In this document: positions 39,150-47,408 of the stretch, one piece after another
Numbering within the stretch: the stretch's first letter is position 1
Layout of the letters: every line of letters begins with the position of its first letter
Assembly (NCBI GenBank): GCA_963837955.1
Contig: CAWIPH010000002.1
Coordinates: forward strand, 2,400,001-2,464,000
Origin: an uncultured Verrucomicrobiae bacterium
GTDB lineage: Bacteria; Verrucomicrobiota; Verrucomicrobiia; Chthoniobacterales; JAFAMB01
DNA: 64,000 bases
Direction: 5' to 3'
Made by a program: the position numbers and the translations under genes
Notes under the pieces: model-generated
The model's input: only the letters and a program-made list of their open reading frames with translations
Database searches by the model: none
What the model was told of the DNA's origin: nothing

Positions 39150-40202
39150 GGCGCTGAGTTCTGTTGCCTGATTTGTCAGCGCTCGCACGGTGCGACCTTC
39201 GTACCAAGTGCCTTCAACCATGAGGAGATACGCGCGTGCGGGCACACCGCGCTCGTTCCGGTGTAACATATCGACGAGCAAGTCCACAGCCATAACACCG
39301 ATCTGGAACGAATTTTTTTTCATCCCTGATAAGCCAAGACGGCCTTCATCTAGAGAGTGATAAGCCACGCCAATATCTTCGGGAACTCGATAGCCAGCGC
39401 GTTTGAGACTGGCTAACACGTCGACCAGTTTCGTGACAATCGCGTCAGGCTGGAAGCGATCGACCCATGATAGAAAATCTTGATCATTCCAGCCTTCCAG
39501 AATCAGTGGCGGAATGGCTTGATCAGCGCACAAACGGTTTTGCTCAACCAAGTACGCGGCCAGCCAATTATGGTCGACTCGCTCATCCTGATTTCGGAGA
39601 TTCACCAAACCGACCCGGCGATAGCCTCTGTGGTTCAGCTCTGAGAAAAGGGTGCCCATCGTTCGGTACTCATGATTTGATACCAGGTGCAAACGCGGGT
39701 GGGTGAGCGTGTAACCAAACGTAACCGCTGAAAGATTCTTCCAGTCCAGATCGATCGCACCCAATCGCTCTTGCGGAGGAAGCAACACTCCCTGGATTCC
39801 CCGTGTCCAAAAAATCTTACTCATCCTGAGTGGGTTCATGCCTGGAGCAGCTAACCAGAATTGTTCGAGCCGATAGCCCCGTTCGGCGGCCCGGGCGGAG
39901 GCTCCTTGGAAATAGTCGCGGTTGCAGGCCGACGCCGTCCAACCTTTCTCGGTGCGGTGATTCGTCAGCCACGCGATGACACCTCTTTCTGTCGGAGGTC
40001 GTTTCATTTCGCGATAAGCGCAAAGCGCCGAGAGCATGGCATCCGCTCTGTACCCGAGCTGGCGCGCGATTGCCTGGATTCGTTCCTTTGTCTGTGCCGG
40101 GATCCGCGGATGGTCGCGAAGAGCTAGCGACACGGTGGAATAATGACAGCCGGCCTTCCGGGCAATGTCGCGGATTGTAGGACGCAGTTCGGAGCTCGAC
40201 AT
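39141..40202 (-). CDS. LacI family transcriptional regulator
   Basis: TIRDIARKAGCHYSTVSLALR HTH, LGY hinge and GYRVPEDIG. Confidence 0.9.
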   Translation of the reverse strand: MSSSELRPTIRDIARKAGCHYSTVSLALRDHPRIPAQTKERIQAIARQLGYRADAMLSALCAYREMKRPPTERGVIAWLTNHRTEKGWTASACNRDYFQGASARAAERGYRLEQFWLAAPGMNPLRMSKIFWTRGIQGVLLPPQERLGAIDLDWKNLSAVTFGYTLTHPRLHLVSNHEYRTMGTLFSELNHRGYRRVGLVNLRNQDERVDHNWLAAYLVEQNRLCADQAIPPLILEGWNDQDFLSWVDRFQPDAIVTKLVDVLASLKRAGYRVPEDIGVAYHSLDEGRLGLSGMKKNSFQIGVMAVDLLVDMLHRNERGVPARAYLLMVEGTWYEGRTVRALTNQATELSAVA

Positions 40203-40370
40203 AAGTCGATCGGTTTGGGGATCAGCAAACATCACCCGACTCGTATGCAGATACAAGCCCGTCCGCAGAGTAGAGAGTCAGGAATGCCCTCGGCGATTGC
40301 AAGATGGTTCACTTTTGTCGTCGTGCTTCAGTCCTCTCACCAATCACCAATCACTAGTCACCAACAAGCT

Positions 40371-40437
40371 CCCTGAGGCTAACTTGTCCGCCGTAGTTTT
40401 GGGTTTGTGGGGAACGAAGGAGGAAGCATCAGTCTAC
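40371..40437. repeat. Reverse copy of the GTAG palindrome with the hairpin insert at 40383-40424
   Basis: Reverse complement reads GTAGACTGATGCT[TCCTCCTTCG...ACTACGGCGGACAAG]TTAGCCTCAGG. Confidence 0.7.
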
Positions 40438-40498
40438 TTTGTTCTTCAACGCGCAAACTCACCGAAACAATCGGGCTGAGTGGTGTGTCCTAACGAGC

Positions 40499-41638
40499 AT
40501 GGACAACAATCACAAGGCGAAACTGTATAAACAGGGAATCCCTATGCTCGCCTTCCTCCCGCTATTGGCCCTTATCGCCGGTCAAGCCGCAGCATCAGCA
40601 TCCTCTTCCGATGGGTGGGAAGTAGCCTCTCCCGAATCTGTCGGATTGGATTCAGCACTTCTAAATACCCTCATCCAGAAAATTCGTGCCGGCGAATTTC
40701 AGAATATCCACGCGCTCCTCATCGTGCGTAATGGCAAACTTGCGGTCGACGAATACTTCAATGGGCCGGACGAACGTCGCGGTGAGCCGCTTGGTACCGT
40801 GCAATTCAATTCCTCGAAGCTCCACGATTTGCGCTCGGTCACAAAGAGCGTTGTTTCCGCTTTATTTGGGATTGCGCTGACCAAAGATCCAAAAAGGAAT
40901 ATCGACGATCCTGTCCTTTCCTATTTCCCTGAATATGAAGATCTGGAGACACCCGATCGGCAGGCTATCCGGCTCCGAGACCTATTATCCATGATGGCCG
41001 GATGGGAGTGGAACGAAGACCTCTCATACCTCGACCCTCTTAATAGTGAAATACAGATGGACGCTGCGCCAGACCGATACCGGTTCGTTTTAGAGCGGCC
41101 GATCGTCGCAAAACCAGGCCAGCAATTCAAATATAACGGCGGATGCACGTCGCTGCTTGCTGCCCTAATAGAGCGGTGGACGAAATTGCCATTGGATAAG
41201 TATGCCGAACAGGTGCTATTTCGCCCGCTGGGAATTTCTGAATACGAATGGTTGAAGGATTCCGATGGCAGGCCAATTGCCGCTTCAGGTTTGCGGTTGC
41301 GTCCACGCGATCTCGCAAAATTCGCTTCACTCTATTTGCATAAGGGTCGCTGGCGCGACGCGCAGGTAATCCCCGAGACGTGGGTTGATGCTTCGCTCGC
41401 TCCACACATTACAGTGGAGGATCAATTGCAGTATGGATACCAGTGGTGGCTGTGGTCAGGGAGTGAAAAGACATTCGCCTGGGCGGCCGCGTTCGGCAAC
41501 GGCGGGCAGAGGGCATGGGTGGTTCCGTCGGCGGATCTGGTAGTGGTTGTGACCGCCGGGCTCTATAACTTGCCCGATAGCAGCGCCGTGCTGCGTAAGT
41601 TGTTCGCAAACTATATTCTACCCGCAGCGGTAAATTAG
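40499..41638 (+). CDS. Serine hydrolase, beta-lactamase class C / NylB-like fold, probably exported
   Basis: SVTK (SxxK), LLSM, PGQQFKYN, RPRDLAKF and GNGGQ motifs; start 40499 or 40544. Confidence 0.85.
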   Translation: MDNNHKAKLYKQGIPMLAFLPLLALIAGQAAASASSSDGWEVASPESVGLDSALLNTLIQKIRAGEFQNIHALLIVRNGKLAVDEYFNGPDERRGEPLGTVQFNSSKLHDLRSVTKSVVSALFGIALTKDPKRNIDDPVLSYFPEYEDLETPDRQAIRLRDLLSMMAGWEWNEDLSYLDPLNSEIQMDAAPDRYRFVLERPIVAKPGQQFKYNGGCTSLLAALIERWTKLPLDKYAEQVLFRPLGISEYEWLKDSDGRPIAASGLRLRPRDLAKFASLYLHKGRWRDAQVIPETWVDASLAPHITVEDQLQYGYQWWLWSGSEKTFAWAAAFGNGGQRAWVVPSADLVVVVTAGLYNLPDSSAVLRKLFANYILPAAVN

Positions 41639-41866
41639 AATGGACAAAAGGGGATAATGGTCCGCCGGTGACGCTCGCCCCGAAGGGTTTGGGTGCATTC
41701 GCGAATGGCAGACCTGCGGCTACCGAACATGCGCTGCTGATTCTTGGCTCCCGAATTCTTTATCTCCGCGCCTCTGCGGTTAGATTTCATCTCGATTGGC
41801 AACCCACCGGAATCTTGCGAGCCGGACCCGGCGCGAATAGTCTAAAAGACCCTGCGGAGGCCTGTT

Positions 41867-42352
41867 ATGGAAATACCAAAAAAATTGATCAGCTACTTGA
41901 ACGAAAAGAGAGTCACCTACGAAATATTGCATCATCCGGAAGCCTTTACTGCACAAACCGTCGCGGCGGCTGAGCATGTTAAGGGCCGTCATCATGCCAA
42001 GGTAGTCATGGTGAAATCCGGCGGCCAGCACTTGATGGCCGTGTTGCCTGCGGACTGTCGCGTCGACCTGGAAAAACTCGAGAAACTAACCGCCAAACCC
42101 ACTTCATTGGAAACCGAAGCGGATTTCAAAGAGCTGTTTCCGGACTGTGCGCCTGGCACCATGCCCCCATTTGGCGATCTTTATGGATTACCGACCTACG
42201 TAGATAAAAACTTGGCCAAAGAAGATTATATCGTCTTCGAGGCTGGCACTCATACCGATGCGATTAGGCTTAGCTATAGTGACTATGAGAGGACTGCCCA
42301 ACCGCACGTTGAAGATTTCGCGACCAAGCTGCGTTCGATTAAGCGACCTTAA
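41867..42352 (+). CDS. YbaK/EbsC/ProX family aminoacyl-tRNA deacylase
   Basis: AKVVMVK, FPDCxPGTMPPFG and FEAGTH motifs. Confidence 0.88.
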   Translation: MEIPKKLISYLNEKRVTYEILHHPEAFTAQTVAAAEHVKGRHHAKVVMVKSGGQHLMAVLPADCRVDLEKLEKLTAKPTSLETEADFKELFPDCAPGTMPPFGDLYGLPTYVDKNLAKEDYIVFEAGTHTDAIRLSYSDYERTAQPHVEDFATKLRSIKRP

Positions 42353-42412
42353 CCCCTGAAGGGTGGGGCGAAACCCCTGACAGGTAGGGCTAAACCCCTG
42401 ACGGGTAGGGCG
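42350..42412. repeat. 21-bp tandem repeat x3 (AAACCCCTGACGGGTAGGGCG consensus)
   Basis: Units at 42350, 42371 and 42392, starting at the YbaK stop codon. Confidence 0.8.
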
Positions 42413-42559
42413 AAACACATCGTTGAGCGACAGCGAGATCAGATGTGTGAGCCAAGAAATGGGGCAGCCCAAAGGTCCTAACGATCCAGCGGCTGCTTAT
42501 CTCCGTCTGCATAAGCATTGCAATCAGGCTCGCACAATTGTCCCTAGTGATGAGGCAAC

Positions 42560-42792
42560 CGATCCCGGAGGGAGCTAATGAAAGAAGCCCAGGACGAAGT
42601 GCTGGGAAATAATGCGAAAAGAGACGTCCGTCCCGCGAGGGACGATCGAAGTGTTTTGGCTCCTCGTCCTCTGGTATGCGGCTTCACCAGCGTAAGCACC
42701 CGTCGATCGTCCCGTCCGGGACGGCCCGTCTTTTTTGAACGCCACCCCAGCACTTCGTACTGGGCTACTTTCATCGGATCCCTCCGGGATCG
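42560..42792. mobile_element. MITE/REPIN-like element with long inverted ends (copy 2)
   Basis: CGATCCCGGAGGGA...TCCCTCCGGGATCG with the same inner architecture as 9271-9497. Confidence 0.75.
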
Positions 42793-42898
42793 ATTGCTCT
42801 CGGCGCATGGCCTTACCTTAGGTTGCGAGCATCCGCATCAGCACCGCTTTTTCGCCGTCTGCGAGCCAAATCTGTGGCGCCGGTTCAAGCGCTCAGTC

Positions 42899-42913
42899 GT
42901 CTCATTTTGAGAC
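42899..42913. promoter_or_regulatory. Candidate enhancer (bEBP upstream activating sequence)
   Basis: Palindrome GTCTCA-TTT-TGAGAC about 100 bp upstream of a sigma54-like site; its 14-mer recurs at 62961. Confidence 0.6.
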
Positions 42914-43010
42914 TGGGAATCCTATTTTGGAATCCGTTTTGGTGCTCTCTCCAAAATGGCAACGGACGTAACAAGCTCGTAAGCAGGCATTTGCGACGTA
43001 TTTGCCAAGT

Positions 43011-43025
43011 TGGCACGACTCATGC
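43011..43025 (+). promoter_or_regulatory. Sigma54 -24/-12 promoter candidate
   Basis: TGGCACGACTCATGC (GG-N10-GC). Confidence 0.65.
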
Positions 43026-43049
43026 CTATAGAGAGACAAGAATCAAGGA

Positions 43050-43340
43050 ATGACCATGAAGATTATCCGATTTCCGCTAGTTCAAAGGGACGAGAAAGCC
43101 ATAATACCCAATAACCTGAAGGCGTCTTCGTCGCTCCTTCTTCAGTATCGAGATGGCGCGAGCGACGAGTTTTTGGTATGGGCTATTTGTGTTGTTTGCG
43201 CTGTCGCGTCCATCGTTCTCTGCTTTAGCCAGCTTCAAAGCGATGTGAACCATATTCAGCGTGAACACTTCTCCCACCTGAGCGCGAGTCAGTTGGCCGA
43301 CGAAACTCCATCCCCGACTGACGTCTCGAAAGAGTTGTGA
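43050..43340 (+). CDS. Hypothetical small single-TM protein
   Basis: Follows the promoter; AAGGA precedes ATG 43056; hydrophobic FLVWAICVVCAVASIVLCF segment. Confidence 0.45.
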   Translation: MTMKIIRFPLVQRDEKAIIPNNLKASSSLLLQYRDGASDEFLVWAICVVCAVASIVLCFSQLQSDVNHIQREHFSHLSASQLADETPSPTDVSKEL

Positions 43341-43411
43341 TGAGCCGCGCCCGCCAAAGCAACGGCAGCGGGATAGATCCGCGTCCCACCCAAAGCCCGC
43401 TTTCTTCGCGG

Positions 43412-44671
43412 ATGGATATCCCAAGAAAGGGCTACCAACAGAAGCGTTGGCGAAATCGCCTCTTTGTTGGCGTTGGTTTGGTGTTGGTGATCGGTGGGTT
43501 AACTTTCTTTATCTCACGACTGAAGCCCGCGTTGCCCTCAGTCGATCGGAATTCTGTTTGGATCGATACGGTCGTGCATGGACCGCTGGTTCGCGATGTT
43601 CGCGGTATTGGCACGCTAGTACCAGAAGATGTGCGCTGGATCCCCGCCCGGACGGACGCGCGGGTTGAGCGGATCGTGGTGTGGCCAGGAACGGAAGTTA
43701 ATAAGGACACAGTGCTCTTGGTATTGAGCAGCGCAGAGCTTGAGCAGCAGGCCTTGGATTCTGATGCCGCGGTGAAAAGTGCCCAAGCCAAGCTGACCCA
43801 ACTCGAAGCCCAACTGGAAGGCGAGCGATTGGAACGGCAAGCAGCACTCACTAAGGCGCAGGCAGATCGGGATACGGCGGCCGCTGAGATGGAAGCCGAC
43901 GAAAGATTGGCGAAGGGAGGATTAATCGCTTCTCTGGATTTTAAGAAGGCGCAGATCGCCGCCACGGAGCAAGCCGCCAATTTCGAAGTGGAAAAACAAC
44001 GTTACGAATTTGCCAAGCGATCGATTGAACCGCGACTGGCAGTCGCTCAGGGCGATCTGGACCAGGCGAAAGCACAAGCGCTTTTGCATCACAGCCAAGT
44101 GGATGCTCTCCAAGTGCGAGCCGGAATGGACGGGGTGCTCCAGCAAATCCCGGTCGATGTTGGGCAACGTGTCTCTGCTGGGACTAGCCTCGCCAGAGTA
44201 GCGGATAACACCAAATTAAAAGCGCAGATCAAGATTCCCGAAACCCAAGCACGCGACATCGCAATCGGCCAAATCTCCCAAGTCGATATGCGAAATGGCA
44301 GCATTGTCACCGGTAAAGTATCGCGGATTGATCCGGCCGTGCGGGAGGGAACAGTCCTGGTCGATGTGAGCTTTAACGGAGCGACTCTACCGCGCGGCGC
44401 CCGGCCGGACCTGAGTGTGGAAGGAACAATCGAGTTAGATCGACTAACCGACGCCATCTACGTGGGCCGGCCCGCTTTCGGCCAGGATGATTCCACGATC
44501 AGTCTTTTCAAACTCGATCCTGACGGAACCTTGGCCACTCGCGTGAAAGTTCGATTGGGCCGCGGCTCAGCTACCAAGGCAGTCGTCGAAGAAGGTCTCC
44601 GGCCCGATGATCGCGTTATTTTATCTGATACCAGCGCTTTCGATAGCCACGACCGGATACAGCTGCGGTGA
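43412..44671 (+). CDS. HlyD/MacA-like periplasmic adaptor (membrane fusion protein)
   Basis: MDIPR start, N-terminal TM, VRGIGTLVP, coiled coil, VRAGMDGVLQ and ARPDLSVEGTIE. Confidence 0.9.
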   Translation: MDIPRKGYQQKRWRNRLFVGVGLVLVIGGLTFFISRLKPALPSVDRNSVWIDTVVHGPLVRDVRGIGTLVPEDVRWIPARTDARVERIVVWPGTEVNKDTVLLVLSSAELEQQALDSDAAVKSAQAKLTQLEAQLEGERLERQAALTKAQADRDTAAAEMEADERLAKGGLIASLDFKKAQIAATEQAANFEVEKQRYEFAKRSIEPRLAVAQGDLDQAKAQALLHHSQVDALQVRAGMDGVLQQIPVDVGQRVSAGTSLARVADNTKLKAQIKIPETQARDIAIGQISQVDMRNGSIVTGKVSRIDPAVREGTVLVDVSFNGATLPRGARPDLSVEGTIELDRLTDAIYVGRPAFGQDDSTISLFKLDPDGTLATRVKVRLGRGSATKAVVEEGLRPDDRVILSDTSAFDSHDRIQLR

Positions 44672-44683
44672 TCGGTGAGGCGC

Positions 44684-44774
44684 TAATCAGTAATCGGTAA
44701 TCGGTAATCGGTAATCAGTAATCAGTAATCAGTAATCAGTAATCAGTAATCAGTAATCAGTAATCAGTAATCAG
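44684..44774. repeat. Heptamer microsatellite TAATC(A/G)G x13
   Basis: Direct count; a complementary CTGAT(T/C)A array lies at about 44861-44912. Confidence 0.92.
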
Positions 44775-44924
44775 TAATTAACTATCCATAATATCACATG
44801 AGATTCTTCCCGGAACCATCAAACATTGGCCGATTATATATTTCACCCTACTACTATGGTCTGATCGCACTGATCACTGATCACCGATTACTGAACACTG
44901 ATTACTGATTACGGCTCACCTCGG

Positions 44925-47366
44925 ATGCCTTCTCTCTTCCAAGATTTCCGGTACGCCTGGCGGCTTCTCCTAAAGTCGCCTGGATTTACAGCGCTGGCAG
45001 TTTTAACCCTTGGCGTAGGTATCGGTGCCAACGTCACGGTCTTCAGTGTTCTTAATTCTGTGCTGGTCCGGTCTCTGCCGTTGCCGCAACCAGAGCAACT
45101 TGTCAGGCTGTACTCGGACTGGGAGCCGGCTTTGCCCGACAGCTACGTTTCCGCGCCAGATTTTTTGGATTGGCGAGAAAGAAACACGATGTTTGCCGGT
45201 CTGGCTGGTTGCCGGATCAAAGACGTTGGACTCCAACGAAGCGAGGGAGCGGAAAAGATCACGCTGGCAGCTGTGTCCGCGAACTATTTCCAACTGATCG
45301 GCGTGGGTCCGAGCGTAGGACGTGGTTTCACACCAAGCGAGGGTGAGTCCGGCGATTCTCTCGTTGCCGTTCTCAGCGAGAGTCTCTGCCGCCGCTTGTT
45401 TGGATCAATCGAAGGGATTTTGGGACGCTCGGTTCAATTGAATGCCGAGTCTTACACCGTCGTTGGCGTCATGCCGGCCGACTTTCATTTCCCTGACGAA
45501 AAGATTCAAGTCTGGATTCCCTTGCATTTCAGCGAGCCGCAACTGCGCGATCGAGGCATTCGCTGGCTGACAGTTTACGGCAGGTTGAAGCCAGGGATAA
45601 CCCTGGCGCAAGCTGGACCGCAAATGTCGAGTATCGCGGCGAGCCTCGCTCGCGAAGACCCTACTGACAATACCGGATTCGGCATCCGGTTGGTTCCGCT
45701 GCAAGAAGACATTGTCGGGAAAAACCGTCCTGCACTCCTGTTGCTGCAGGGTGCGGTAGGCTGCATGCTTTTGATCGCGTCTATCAATTTAGCAAACCTG
45801 TTATTATCCCGGGCCTTGAGCCGCCGCCGAGAACTTGCCATTCGTGCCTCGCTCGGGGCAAGTCGCTGGCGGTTAGTACAGCAATTGTTGGCGGAGAGTC
45901 TGTCGCTTGGAGGATTGGGCGGAATTCTGGGAGTCGTGCTGGCTAATTGGGGCGTTGGCCTATTCACCTTCTTTGCTAAAGCACTCATACCGCGATCATC
46001 AGAAATTCAGATCGACGCGGGTGCGCTCTGGTTTACCCTAGCACTGTCCCTCCTAGTTGGAGTGTTCTGCGGGTTGCTGCCGGCTCTCGCCATATCGAGC
46101 GGTGTCCAGAGTAATCTCCGTGAGAATTCCCGCGGTTCTGTCGGCGGAATTCATCAGACAATTTTGCGGAACGCTTTGGTTATCGCAGAAATTGGATGCG
46201 CTCTGGTTGTGCTGAGTTGTGCTGGGTTGCTTCTGCGCTCGTTTCTAAAAGTGGAGGAGACCGATTCGGGTATCAATCACTCCGAAAAGGTGTTAACTGC
46301 TTCGCTCTCGTTGCCGCCAGTTCGTTACCCAACAGATCAGTCTATTGGATCTTTCTATCGGCTTACGCAGGAAAAGCTGACGCAGATGCCGGGAGTAAAG
46401 TCGGCTGGGGCGGTTACCGTACTGCCACTCACATCGGGTAATTCTGATCTTTCCTTTCAGGTCGTAGGCCGGCCGGCCTTTCCTCAGGGTCAGCAACCGC
46501 TTGCTCGATTTCGCGTGATCAGCGGTAACTATTTTCAAGCAGCCGGTATTCCCCTGGTTGCTGGCCGGTTCTTCGATGAACAAGATGGGCCGGACGCTCC
46601 CCCCAGAATTCTGATCAATCGCGCCATGGCACTTCACTTCTGGAATAGTGCGGAAGACGCGATCGGAAACAAGATCGACAGCGAAACCGGGTGGATCGGC
46701 ACCATCGTCGGCGTGGTGGGCGACGTACATAACTTCGGTTTAGCTGCCCCCATCCGTGACGAATTCTACTATCCAGTGAGCCAGGCGCCGCACTACGGTG
46801 ATGCCGGATCGAACGATGCACTTGCAATGGTATTGGTCATTCGCGCCGCGGATTCAATCGATCCCGAAACGCTCATTGGTCCGTTGCGACAGAGAATCGC
46901 AGAAATCGATTCGGCCGTCCCGCTTTCGAGAGTTAACACTTGGTCTCAACTGATCGCCGATTCGATTGGTGATCGCCGGCTGAACCTTTGGTTTGTTGGT
47001 AGTTTCGCCTTAGTGGCGCTGATTCTCGCGGCAATGGGCCTTTACAGTGTGGTCTCTTACGGTGTCGCCCAGCGAACACGAGAGATCGCTGTCCGCGCAG
47101 CACTAGGTGCGCAACGCCTCGATATATTTCGTTTGGTTCTGGGCGAAGCAACCAAGTTGATGGGAATCGGCATCGCCGCTGGTCTGTTAGCCTCCTTTTG
47201 CCTGACGCACCTAATACAAGGCCTCGTCTATGGCGTTGGCACCGCCGATCCACCAACTTTCCTAGCAGTAATCGCGCTACTGTTGTTGATCGGATTGGTT
47301 GCGAATTTCCTTCCTGCCCATCGAGCGATGAATATTAACCCCACTAATGCGCTCAGAGAAGAATAA
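44925..47366 (+). CDS. MacB/FtsX-like duplicated ABC permease (ADOP-like) #1
   Basis: [41 protein letters not shown] and ALREE; two MacB-PCD/FtsX halves. Confidence 0.92.
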   Translation: MPSLFQDFRYAWRLLLKSPGFTALAVLTLGVGIGANVTVFSVLNSVLVRSLPLPQPEQLVRLYSDWEPALPDSYVSAPDFLDWRERNTMFAGLAGCRIKDVGLQRSEGAEKITLAAVSANYFQLIGVGPSVGRGFTPSEGESGDSLVAVLSESLCRRLFGSIEGILGRSVQLNAESYTVVGVMPADFHFPDEKIQVWIPLHFSEPQLRDRGIRWLTVYGRLKPGITLAQAGPQMSSIAASLAREDPTDNTGFGIRLVPLQEDIVGKNRPALLLLQGAVGCMLLIASINLANLLLSRALSRRRELAIRASLGASRWRLVQQLLAESLSLGGLGGILGVVLANWGVGLFTFFAKALIPRSSEIQIDAGALWFTLALSLLVGVFCGLLPALAISSGVQSNLRENSRGSVGGIHQTILRNALVIAEIGCALVVLSCAGLLLRSFLKVEETDSGINHSEKVLTASLSLPPVRYPTDQSIGSFYRLTQEKLTQMPGVKSAGAVTVLPLTSGNSDLSFQVVGRPAFPQGQQPLARFRVISGNYFQAAGIPLVAGRFFDEQDGPDAPPRILINRAMALHFWNSAEDAIGNKIDSETGWIGTIVGVVGDVHNFGLAAPIRDEFYYPVSQAPHYGDAGSNDALAMVLVIRAADSIDPETLIGPLRQRIAEIDSAVPLSRVNTWSQLIADSIGDRRLNLWFVGSFALVALILAAMGLYSVVSYGVAQRTREIAVRAALGAQRLDIFRLVLGEATKLMGIGIAAGLLASFCLTHLIQGLVYGVGTADPPTFLAVIALLLLIGLVANFLPAHRAMNINPTNALREE

Positions 47367-47408
47367 CAAACCCAACTGTAACCTGCAACCTGTAACCACC
47401 AACCATCC

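Noticed and set aside
40499..41638. Beta-lactamase resistance gene
   Set aside because: The SxxK fold is shared with esterases and amidases, and the class C KTG motif is absent
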